A stretch of 64,000 nucleotides of DNA from Nitrospirota bacterium. Its GTDB lineage: Bacteria > Nitrospirota > Thermodesulfovibrionia > UBA6902. Position 1 is the stretch's first letter. Each line of letters opens with the position of its first letter. The stretch lies in NCBI GenBank assembly GCA_003354025.1, contig PIVU01000001.1, positions 2,435 through 66,434 of the forward strand, written 5' to 3'. The notes beneath the pieces were generated by a model. The model did no database searches, had not been told where the DNA came from, and worked only from the letters and a program-made list of their open reading frames with translations. Both the position numbers and the translations under genes were made by a program. Of the stretch, positions 38,287 to 47,157 are shown one piece after another.

Positions 38287-39336
38287 TTAAACTGCATTAA
38301 TTAATTCACCTGCTATTTCATTAAGGGGGACAATTTTGTCGGCAAGGCCTGCTTCTACTACTGAACGGGGCATGCCGTAGACAACACATGTTTCTTCACT
38401 TTCGGCGATTGTTTTACCCCCCTTGTTCTTGATTTCCTTCATCCCAAGTTCACCATCGTTCCCAAGACCCGTCAGAACTACTCCCAGCACGTGTCCTGAA
38501 AAATTTGCTACAGCATTTTGCATGAGAAGATCAATGCAGGGTTTGTATATATACTTGCCTGTGTCCTTAATGAGTGATATAGAGGATTCAGTCAGTTTCT
38601 TTCTTTCTATCCCCATATGTCCTCCACCCGGAGCAATATACACAACACCTTTTTTAATCGTTTCACCATGTTCTGCTTCTTTTACGTAAATTTCACTCAG
38701 CTGATTTAAACGCTCGGCAAAAGGACCTGTAAAGGCCGCCGGCATGTGCTGGGCAATGATTATTGGCACAGGGTAATTTTTCGGCAGGCAGCTAACAATG
38801 CTTTGTAGTGCTTTGGGTCCTCCTGTAGAAGAACCAATGGCCACTATACCGACCCTTCTGGTTGACGTGTATTGCTGGGTTTTTTCCGGCATGTCCAGAG
38901 GTTTTGACGCAGGTTCAGGAGTGGCTTTTCTTCTCCTTACCCGGAGTTTACCAATTTTCTTGATCTTGTCTATGAGAGTATTTTTTATTTTGACAATGTT
39001 AATCGAAAGATCGGAAAGGTTCTTTGGAATGAAGTCCACAGCGCCGAGATCAAGCGCTTCAAGCGTAACATGGGCCCCCTCATTTGTCAGTGAGCTGACC
39101 ATTAATACGGGTACAGGTGTTTTTTCCATTATCTGCTTCAGGGCTTCAATACCGTTCATGCGGGGCATTTCAACATCAAGAGTCACAATGTCCGGTTTTA
39201 ATGAAGCGACTTTCTCAACCGCTTCCATACCATCACGTGCCATGCCTATAACATCAATTTCCGGGTCCGATGAAATCATGCTGGAGAGAGTGTTTCTCAT
39301 AAACGCTGAGTCATCAACAATTAGTACTTTAACCAT
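38287..39336 (-). CDS. cheB: Chemotaxis protein-glutamate methylesterase CheB.
   Basis: REC domain plus the methylesterase domain (GSSTGGPKAL, AQHMP). Confidence 0.9.
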   Translation of the reverse strand: MVKVLIVDDSAFMRNTLSSMISSDPEIDVIGMARDGMEAVEKVASLKPDIVTLDVEMPRMNGIEALKQIMEKTPVPVLMVSSLTNEGAHVTLEALDLGAVDFIPKNLSDLSINIVKIKNTLIDKIKKIGKLRVRRRKATPEPASKPLDMPEKTQQYTSTRRVGIVAIGSSTGGPKALQSIVSCLPKNYPVPIIIAQHMPAAFTGPFAERLNQLSEIYVKEAEHGETIKKGVVYIAPGGGHMGIERKKLTESSISLIKDTGKYIYKPCIDLLMQNAVANFSGHVLGVVLTGLGNDGELGMKEIKNKGGKTIAESEETCVVYGMPRSVVEAGLADKIVPLNEIAGELINAV

Positions 39337-39378
39337 TTAGTATCCTGTTCCTCTTATATGTATAATGTCTGCAGTAAT

Positions 39379-39849
39379 CTAGGTGTCCAGTCCTGGAGAA
39401 TCACCAAGAAGATTGTCAAGGTCAATGAGTATAATAAGTCTGTTTTCAAGTTTTGCTATGCCTTTAATAAACTGGCTTTGAAGCTCTGCTGACATTGGCG
39501 GAGCAGGCTCTACACTATCAGCCGGGATTCGTAACACTTCAGAAACTGAGTCAACAATAAGGCCGTTAGTGATTCCCTGAATTTCCATGATAATTATCCT
39601 GGAAGTATCATCGGTAGGTCTGTCTTCAAAGTGAAATTTCTTCCTTAAATTAATGACGGGAATAACCTTGCCTCTGAGATTTATAACTCCCTCTACAAAA
39701 TCTGGAGAGTTGGGTACCTGGGTTATTTCTGTTATTCTATTGATTTCCTGCACATTTAGAATATTTACGGCATACTCTTCATTGCCTAGTGTAAATGTGA
39801 CAAGTTGAAGGACTTCCGTCCCTGCTGCTGTTTGTTCTGTTGTTTCCAT
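39379..39849 (-). CDS. cheW: Chemotaxis coupling protein CheW.
   Basis: 156-aa CheW-like domain (VLQLVTFTLGNEEYAVNILNVQEI). Confidence 0.85.
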   Translation of the reverse strand: METTEQTAAGTEVLQLVTFTLGNEEYAVNILNVQEINRITEITQVPNSPDFVEGVINLRGKVIPVINLRKKFHFEDRPTDDTSRIIIMEIQGITNGLIVDSVSEVLRIPADSVEPAPPMSAELQSQFIKGIAKLENRLIILIDLDNLLGDSPGLDT

Positions 39850-39874
39850 TGATTTAACCTCCTATATATATCGT

Positions 39875-41113
39875 CTAAAATCCAAAATCATTTAATAAAG
39901 ACTCAACATCCGATTGTGATACTTTATCTGCCGGACCGTTTGGTGCTTTTTCTGTTTTGTATTCATCGTACGTAACTGTAGTCGGTTTTACCTCGACATC
40001 AGCGTGGTCGTTTAAACCGAATTTAGTTATAAGTGTTAAGAGTTCTCCTTCAACACTACTGACAAGATTGATGACCTTCTTTATTGTCTGACCGGTGATG
40101 TCCTGAAACTGCTGTGCAGTCAGGATTTCTGTCATGTTTTCATCAAGAGCCCCTTTAAAGGCTTGAAGGTAAGCCACATCTTCATCATGTCCCTTAATAT
40201 TATTGAGATGTGTGGTGAAGTCCTCTTCTTCTTCGAAATACCGCTCAACTATCCCCATAGTTTTATTTGCGGCATCTTCTGTTTTAGAAATTACAAACTG
40301 GAGCTTGTCAACGGCATTAGGCACATCGTTTTCTGTAAGTCTTTGCAGCCCGCTATCAATAGCGCCCTTAAAGTCCTCAAGAGAATCATGCAGTTTCCTG
40401 GTGATTTTACCAACGTCCTTAAATATATCGCTGTCAGTTGCCTTAGTCAGTTTGCCAACGATTTCCTCCACTTTCTTATATTCATTATTTGAAAGGGCGT
40501 CCATGAACTCAAGGATTAAATCATATATAGCGTGCTTGGGATCATTCTCTTCAAGTTTGTCTGCGAGGTAGTCCTTGGCATTATGCAATTCCTTAATGGT
40601 CACTTTGCCGCCCATAGTCTCGACTTGCCGGGTAACTTCCACGTTTGAACCGTCTGCTGACTCTTTGATATCTACTATGGCGTCTTCCAGAAGACTCAGG
40701 TCTGCAATGGGGAGGAGTTTTTTAATATCTAAAAGAACTATTAGTTTGTTTTTTAACTTTGCGACACCTGCAATGCTGTCTTTATTATTGTTGACGAAAC
40801 TTTCGGGAGGCTCAATCTCCGACTGATCAACATTGACAACTCCTGTTATTCCATCAACTACTATACCGAATGTTATCTGGCCGGTTGCCAGAACTATGAC
40901 TGTGTTGCCGGCGTCCTCGCCATTGTCCGAATGTAACAGGTACTTGAGATTGACTACCGGTATGATAGTGTCTCTCAGGTTTGTAATACCTCTTACATAA
41001 GAGGGGAGATTCGGCAGGGCGGTTATTGACGGCATTGTAATGATCTCGCGTACATTTAGTATAGGTATCATGTATTCGCTCGAATTGATATTAAAACCAA
41101 TGTATTGTTGCAA
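39875..41113 (-). CDS. Fusion protein: an N-terminal CheW-like domain joined to a C-terminal CheZ-like phosphatase.
   Basis: Residues 1-140 have the CheW fold ([41 protein letters not shown]). The C-terminal half carries [36 protein letters not shown] and the catalytic [14 protein letters not shown]. These match CheZ [36 protein letters not shown] and AQDFQDLTGQVIKR. Confidence 0.65.
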   Translation of the reverse strand: [412 protein letters not shown]

Positions 41114-41315
41114 TGATACCTCCTTATATAGTGGCAGCGCTGCCGCTGTGTTCCTTATTTACTTTATTACAAATAATGGTTTTATGAAGCAAGGCGTTAA
41201 AAACATTAAGAATGTTAGGAAAACTGATTTTCATTGTTTATGTCCCCTTGTTAATGAAAATGATTTAATTGAAATAACTTCGGTCGTTAGATTATTGATT
41301 AAGTGAATTATCATC

Positions 41316-43313
41316 TTACACCTTTGATGTGATTTCCAGTAGATTACGTGACATCCCATTAACGTCTAAAATAAATACAACCTTTCCGTCTCCGGTAATA
41401 GTTGCTCCCAGAACATAGGACGCTGTTGAATCAACACCATCAAGCTGTTTGATAACAACTTCCTCCTGTCCCAGCAACTTATCTACGGCGATACAGAAAC
41501 GTTTCTCTCCCATGGAAATGACAACGATATACTTATGCTCAGAATCTTCATGCGCGCTGCCATTACCATTGCCGTTACCGTTGCCTGTCCCGAGAAGGGT
41601 GTTCAGCTCAAAGAGAGGACAGACTTTATCACGGATGACTATGACGTTTTGACCGGTAATGTTATCAATTTGATCGTTGGAGACCTTAAGGGTTTCCTCA
41701 ATTGGTGAAAGAGGTATAGCATATTTTGCGCCCGATACCTCAACCATTAGTGATTGAATTATTGCGAGAGTCAAGGGGATGCATATTCTGAATGTCGTAC
41801 CTACATCCTTTTCCGTTAATACTTCAACGTATCCGTTAAGTAGGGAAATGTTGGTTTTAACTACATCCATACCAACGCCTCTTCCACTAAGCTCAGTTGC
41901 GACTTCCTTGGTCGAAAAACCTGGCATGAATATTATGTCCGTGGCTGCTTCATCGGTCATTTTATCGACTTCTTCTTCGGTCAATACTCCTTTTTCAACA
42001 GCCTTTCTCTTTAATTTGTTGACATCCATTCCCTTGCCGTCATCGATGATTTCAATGACAACCTGGTTGCCTTTCTGGTATATGTTTATTTCGACCTTGC
42101 CCTTTTGCGGCTTACCTTTGGCAATCCTTTCCTCAGTTGATTCAAGTCCATGGTCTATTGAATTTCTCAATATATGTGTAAGAGGATCACCGATATGCTC
42201 TATGACCGTCTTGTCAACTTCAGTGCCTTCACCGGTAATCTCCAGTGCGACGTCTTTATTAACAGTAGCTGACATGTCCCTGACGAATCTTGGGAATTTT
42301 CCAAGCACTTTTTTGATAGGCTGCATACGGATTTTCATAACTGCAAGCTGCATGTCCGATGTTACCCTGTCAAGGAAGGAAACTGTTTCCATAAGAGTTT
42401 CCGTCATGGGGTCGTGAGAGTACTTCTGATCAAAATAATTTGAAATATTTAAAAGTCTGTTTCTTACAAGAACTACTTCACCTGCAAGGTCCATGACTTT
42501 GTCGATTCTCTCTACGTCAACTCTAAGGTTTTGGGCCACTTCTTTTGGTTTGGCAGCTGTATCTTTAGCCGGCTTTGGCGCTTCAGCAGTTTTTTGCACT
42601 ACAGGTTTGGATGGCGGCGCAGGATGTTTAACAGCCTGTTTTTCTGTTACGGGCTCGGCTGGCGGAGCAGGTTCTTCTGCTGATTTTGCAGTGCTTTCGG
42701 CAGGCTCACTATTTATTGATTCTTCTCTGGACAGGTCAGCGACTTTCATTGCTTCTTCGATCTGTCTTTCTATGTCATCCATTACGGGTTGAGTTTCTTC
42801 AGCAGGAGGAGATTCAATGCTCAGCTCCGGTTCTGCTACCGGTTCCGCAACTTCTACCTTTTCCTCCACCGGCTGTGTTACTTGCACATCTGCATCAGAG
42901 GTGGACTGTTCTCCTGAGGACTGACCTGTTGCAACATTTAAAGCTTCGTTTAATTCATTTACCAAAGGTGAGACATCTTCTTCTATTCCGTCTTTTGCAC
43001 TTAAGTGGCCAAGGAGAATTCTAAGCATATCGATAGACTTGAGAATGACGTCCATTAAAGGAGTTGATACGGAAATTTCGCCGTCTCTCAGTCTTTTCAT
43101 TATGTTTTCGGATGAATGTGCAACATCAACTACTGGCTGAAAACCGAGGAATCCTGCAGCACCTTTAATAGTGTGCATTGATCTGAATATTTCATTCAGC
43201 ATCTCATTGTCTTCACCCTTTTGTTCAAGTTCCACAAACAGAGGCTCAATTTTGTCGAGAGACTCTTCAGCTTCTGTTATAAACTCCGCTATTATTTCAT
43301 CCATTTCATCCAT
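41316..43313 (-). CDS. cheA: Chemotaxis histidine kinase CheA.
   Basis: Hpt domain (HTIKGAAGFLG), dimerisation and HATPase domains, and a C-terminal CheW-like domain. The linker contains a (GN)5 repeat. Confidence 0.9.
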   Translation of the reverse strand: MDEMDEIIAEFITEAEESLDKIEPLFVELEQKGEDNEMLNEIFRSMHTIKGAAGFLGFQPVVDVAHSSENIMKRLRDGEISVSTPLMDVILKSIDMLRILLGHLSAKDGIEEDVSPLVNELNEALNVATGQSSGEQSTSDADVQVTQPVEEKVEVAEPVAEPELSIESPPAEETQPVMDDIERQIEEAMKVADLSREESINSEPAESTAKSAEEPAPPAEPVTEKQAVKHPAPPSKPVVQKTAEAPKPAKDTAAKPKEVAQNLRVDVERIDKVMDLAGEVVLVRNRLLNISNYFDQKYSHDPMTETLMETVSFLDRVTSDMQLAVMKIRMQPIKKVLGKFPRFVRDMSATVNKDVALEITGEGTEVDKTVIEHIGDPLTHILRNSIDHGLESTEERIAKGKPQKGKVEINIYQKGNQVVIEIIDDGKGMDVNKLKRKAVEKGVLTEEEVDKMTDEAATDIIFMPGFSTKEVATELSGRGVGMDVVKTNISLLNGYVEVLTEKDVGTTFRICIPLTLAIIQSLMVEVSGAKYAIPLSPIEETLKVSNDQIDNITGQNVIVIRDKVCPLFELNTLLGTGNGNGNGNGSAHEDSEHKYIVVISMGEKRFCIAVDKLLGQEEVVIKQLDGVDSTASYVLGATITGDGKVVFILDVNGMSRNLLEITSKV

Positions 43314-43352
43314 AGTTTATCTCCATATCAGACACATTAAGTGGCAATGTAT

Positions 43353-43742
43353 TTACGCATTTATTTTTTCAAAAATCTTGTCCATTTTTTCTTTTAATAT
43401 TTCGCCGGTAAATGGTTTCACCACGTAGTTGTTTACGCCGGCCTGAATAGCCGTGATGACTTTTTCTTTTTCAGCTTCTGCCGTGACCATTAGTATAGGC
43501 AGCTCCTTAAGGTCCGGGTCGCTCCTGACTTTCTTGAGCAACTCAAGTCCGTCCATATTGGGCATGTTCCAATCACTTATCATGAAACCGTACTCAGTGC
43601 CCTGAAGCTTGCTGAAAGCCTGCTCTCCGTCCTCTGCTTCGTCGATATGCTCGTAGCCGAGCTGTCTAAGAAGGTTTTTGACAATTCTTCTCATGGTAGA
43701 AAAATCATCAACCACCAGGATTTTCATTTTAAAATCAGACAT
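43353..43742 (-). CDS. cheY: Chemotaxis response regulator CheY.
   Basis: [14 protein letters not shown]...[11 protein letters not shown]...VTAE...VVKPF. The start is set at MSDFK, which sits 8 nt after AAGGAGG. The ORF track begins 7 codons earlier, at 43763. Confidence 0.9.
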   Translation of the reverse strand: MSDFKMKILVVDDFSTMRRIVKNLLRQLGYEHIDEAEDGEQAFSKLQGTEYGFMISDWNMPNMDGLELLKKVRSDPDLKELPILMVTAEAEKEKVITAIQAGVNNYVVKPFTGEILKEKMDKIFEKINA

Positions 43743-43746
43743 AGTA

Positions 43747-44127
43747 TCATCCTCCTTTGGCAAACATCTGCTTAATTATTGCTTTTATATTTTCTGCAAT
43801 GGCATCACCGGTAACCGGTTTAACAACATATCCGTTAGCACCGTTGCTGAATGCCTTTTGTCTTTCTTCTTCGTCATTTTCGGTCGTAACCATTAGAATA
43901 GGTAAATCCTCCCAGGTGGGATCGGATCTCAGGGTCTTAATAAGTTCCATTCCGTCCATATATGGCATGTTCAGATCAGTCATGACAAGGTTGACTACAT
44001 CAGTTCCCAGTTTTTCCAGCGCATCCAGTCCGTTTTCAGCGAATACCACGGAGTATCCCCTAGTTTTCAAATAGTGGCCGAGAAGCTTCCTTGTTGTCTG
44101 GCAATCGTCTACTATGAGTATTTTCAT
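43747..44127 (-). CDS. Second CheY-like response regulator.
   Basis: MKILIVDD...[11 protein letters not shown]...VTTEN...VVKP. Confidence 0.85.
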   Translation of the reverse strand: MKILIVDDCQTTRKLLGHYLKTRGYSVVFAENGLDALEKLGTDVVNLVMTDLNMPYMDGMELIKTLRSDPTWEDLPILMVTTENDEEERQKAFSNGANGYVVKPVTGDAIAENIKAIIKQMFAKGG

Positions 44128-44194
44128 GACGCTGCCCCGGATGAAAGAGGATTAATTTGTCCGCTGAATTTATGTATGAACAAAATTTTCATGA

Positions 44195-45019
44195 TTACAC
44201 CTTCTGATACATGATTACTTTATTTGTAACACTCGGTCTGAATGCCCTTGTAACATTGTGAAGGCTCTCCGATGAACCGATAAACAGGTAGCCTCCTGGA
44301 TTTAAACAGTCATATAGATTAGACACGACTTTCTGCTTGGCCTTTGCATCGAAATAAATGAGAACGTTACGGCAAAAGATTACGTCCATTCCGCGCAATG
44401 ATTTAATTTTATTGTTATCTATAAGATTGATCTTGTTGAATTTAACAGTGTTCTTTACTGATGCATTTAACGAATAAGACTGTTTTTCAGGTGAGAAGTA
44501 TTTTCTTAGATAATTCTCGGGCATGTTCCTGATGGAGTATGAATTGTATATTGCTTTTTTAGCAGAGGACAGTACTCCTTCACTCAGGTCGGATGCATGT
44601 ATTTCGAACTTGTTGGCTGTAATGTTCTTTTCAGTTAGCATGATTGATAAAGTGTAGGGCTCTTCGCCTGTAGAGCATGCTGATGACCAGAGCTTTAGTT
44701 TTTGACCTGCCTTCTTTGTTGACATGATTTTTGGTATTACCAGGTCCGCGAAAACATCAAGCTGCTGGGGCTCTCTGAAAAAATATGTTTCATTTGTAGT
44801 TACCGCATCAAAGAGTCTCGTCAGTTCTGTGCCGTTTGAACTGAACTTTATTAACTTAAGGTATTCTTCAAAACTCTTTAACTGCTTTTCCTGAAGTATG
44901 CGGGAAAGGCGGTTTTCTATGAGGTACTTCTTTGTATCGGCAATATAAATGCCGCTTTGATCATATATATAGTCCCTCAGGTCTTTAAAAGTGGAGTCAA
45001 CAAGGGGGATGCTCAGCAT
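44195..45019 (-). CDS. cheR: Chemotaxis protein methyltransferase CheR.
   Basis: YFFREPQQLDVF...LWSSACSTGEEPYTLSIML, the SAM-dependent MTase motifs of CheR. Confidence 0.9.
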   Translation of the reverse strand: MLSIPLVDSTFKDLRDYIYDQSGIYIADTKKYLIENRLSRILQEKQLKSFEEYLKLIKFSSNGTELTRLFDAVTTNETYFFREPQQLDVFADLVIPKIMSTKKAGQKLKLWSSACSTGEEPYTLSIMLTEKNITANKFEIHASDLSEGVLSSAKKAIYNSYSIRNMPENYLRKYFSPEKQSYSLNASVKNTVKFNKINLIDNNKIKSLRGMDVIFCRNVLIYFDAKAKQKVVSNLYDCLNPGGYLFIGSSESLHNVTRAFRPSVTNKVIMYQKV

Positions 45020-46437
45020 GTTACCTCCGAATTGAAACCAGATGTATATCGTGAAGCGGATTGCTGTATGTTTTCATTGAATTCACTTGCTCTGGAAAAG
45101 AATAATGTTGAATTTATATTCATAAGCGAATTTATAAACTCATCAATCACATCATTGTACTGCTCTTTGTGCAGCATTTTCATAAGAGGTTCAAATGCAT
45201 CTGCTTCGCTGATTTTGCCAAGGGCTATCACAGCATTTTTACGGACATGGCTGTCCTCGTCGGAAATTGCATCTATCAGACACTCCTTTGCTTCACTGCT
45301 GTCTATTTCTCCCAGGGATTTAATTGATGACCTTCGAATGTCCCTGTATTCGCTGTTAAGAAGCAATATGAGGTCGGCGACGGCATCTTTGCACTGTAAG
45401 TTCCCGATGATTTCCGTTGCAATGACTTTCCCCCTGTATTTAAGAGAATCATTATTGAGAAGTTCTATCAGTGACTGATTACAGCCGAAGCTTTGAATTG
45501 CTTCCTTAATAACATACAGCCTGTCTTCATTATCAGGCTCGGACATGTCAAGAGATCCTGCCAGGTCAAGCAGGTCACGAATTGCAGTAGTTTCATTAAG
45601 GAGCACAAGGCCCTTTATTGCTATTAACCTGTCGTCCCAGTCATCTTCGGACAGCATTTTAATCAATATTTCTGAAATGCTTTTTTCAGACGGGATTGTG
45701 CCAATCTGTACCAGACTTTTAATGATTGATATTGTTTCGAATTCATTGGCTTCAGGCATGTGGTCGACTAAGGGCTGTGCTGCTTTTGGTGAGCAAATGT
45801 TGCCTAATGCTTCAATAGCGGCAAAGCGGGTTGTTTCAGAGGTGCTATTGAGAAGCTGAACAATAGTATCTACAGCGCTTTCATCTTTCAACTCAGTTAG
45901 CGACTCCAGTGCTGAAAAGCACACCCATTCTTCATCTTCGAGCGCTTTAATAAGCTGGGGGACAGCCTTTTTATAATGAAGTCTTCCCAGGGTCTTAGAG
46001 GCGGCGGCGCGTACGTTGGCGTTTGAATCACCTGTTAGCATTTCTACGAGCTTTTCTGGATATGTGCAGTACTCAATATCATGTATGAGGTCCAGTGCGA
46101 ATTTTCTAACATCATCATCTCTGTCGTTAAGAAGAACATAGAGAAGCGGGATTGTGGTCCTGCCCATTTCCTTCAGAATGATTAAGGCGGTATTGCGAAG
46201 AAAGGAGTTTTCCCGTAAAAGCGGCAGCACCATATATGCCGTACACTCTCCCTTGATTTCCATAAGAGAACGCATTGCCGCATCCTGTACACCGTAGTTA
46301 TCATCTCTCAAGGCTTTAATGAGAGGGTACACCGCACGTTCGTCACCTTCTGCAAGACCTTCAGCGGCAGCACGTCTGACTGAAGCATCTTCATCTTTGA
46401 TGTTTCTCAGGAATTTGTTTAGTTTTGCAGTGTGCAT
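45013..46437 (-). CDS. HEAT / PBS-lyase repeat protein encoded at the head of the che operon.
   Basis: Repeated units of the form VRRAAAEGLAEGDERAVYPLIKALRDDNYGVQDAAMRSL. Overlaps the cheR start. Confidence 0.7.
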   Translation of the reverse strand: MHTAKLNKFLRNIKDEDASVRRAAAEGLAEGDERAVYPLIKALRDDNYGVQDAAMRSLMEIKGECTAYMVLPLLRENSFLRNTALIILKEMGRTTIPLLYVLLNDRDDDVRKFALDLIHDIEYCTYPEKLVEMLTGDSNANVRAAASKTLGRLHYKKAVPQLIKALEDEEWVCFSALESLTELKDESAVDTIVQLLNSTSETTRFAAIEALGNICSPKAAQPLVDHMPEANEFETISIIKSLVQIGTIPSEKSISEILIKMLSEDDWDDRLIAIKGLVLLNETTAIRDLLDLAGSLDMSEPDNEDRLYVIKEAIQSFGCNQSLIELLNNDSLKYRGKVIATEIIGNLQCKDAVADLILLLNSEYRDIRRSSIKSLGEIDSSEAKECLIDAISDEDSHVRKNAVIALGKISEADAFEPLMKMLHKEQYNDVIDEFINSLMNINSTLFFSRASEFNENIQQSASRYTSGFNSEVTC

Positions 46438-46513
46438 TTTAATCCTTCAATATAATTAATTTGACTCTTTTGATTTAATTCGCTTCCGAAACATTTCATT
46501 GTCTTATGCATAA

Positions 46514-46541
46514 TTATCGGTATATTAAGTTCATTTCTTTA
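46514..46541 (-). promoter_or_regulatory. Candidate sigma-28 promoter of the che operon.
   Basis: Minus strand reads cTAAAG-N15-ACCGATAA, about 75 nt upstream of the HEAT gene start. Confidence 0.5.
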
Positions 46542-46592
46542 GTTAAATGAGACGTACGGTTGTATGCTCTAATTACATGAATTAATAATCTG

Positions 46593-47018
46593 TTAAACAA
46601 TCTTCTGCTCCAGTACTGATTGAGATTTTACATCGTCGGCCTCAGTCTTCACCATGTTTCTGCCCGAGCGCTTTGCAAGGTATAATGCGCGGTCTGCCCG
46701 CTCGAAAACGGTGGTGCAGTCATCTCTTTTTTTAAACGCGCTAACACCGACACTGATTGTCAGCGGGATTTGAGTACCCTGATATGAAAAATTGGCATTG
46801 TCAATATAAGAGCGTATCCCTTCTCCAGCCTTCAGTGCACCTTCCAGTTCCCTGTTGCGGGTTGAGAGAGAATCAATATATTTTTTAATAACTTCCAGCG
46901 GAGAGTCCAGCCACTCCTGCGACAGTTCTTTAAGTATTGACAGTACCTCATCAGCAACTGCATATACTTTCTCCTCAAATTCCCCCTGAGTATCAGATAA
47001 ATTAATCTCTTCAGGCAT
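46593..47018 (-). pseudogene. Internally deleted paralogue of the downstream GGDEF gene. It keeps only the N-terminal helix and the C-terminal third of the GGDEF domain and has no GGEEF motif.
   Basis: EEKVYAVADEVLSILKELSQ and AGEGIRSYIDNANFSYQGTQIPLTISVGVSAF...ADRALYLAKRSGRNMVKTE align with the N- and C-terminal ends of the 451-aa neighbour. The coiled coil and catalytic core are missing. The ORF is nonetheless intact. Confidence 0.5.
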
Positions 47019-47157
47019 ATAATGCTCCTCCCGGTACCATTGCAGAATCGTAACTATATATATTTGTATATGTATACTGTGGTCATATAATTCCGTGTAT
47101 ATCTATTATCGGGATAAGGGAGGAATTCTTTAGGTATTTTTACTAGGTAAGTGAAGA

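Noticed and set aside
43743-43763. Longer CheY start (MPKEDDT...) overlapping the upstream cheY stop.
   Set aside because: The AAGGAGG ribosome-binding site lies inside these codons, 8 nt upstream of the MSDFK ATG. The shorter start is therefore favoured.
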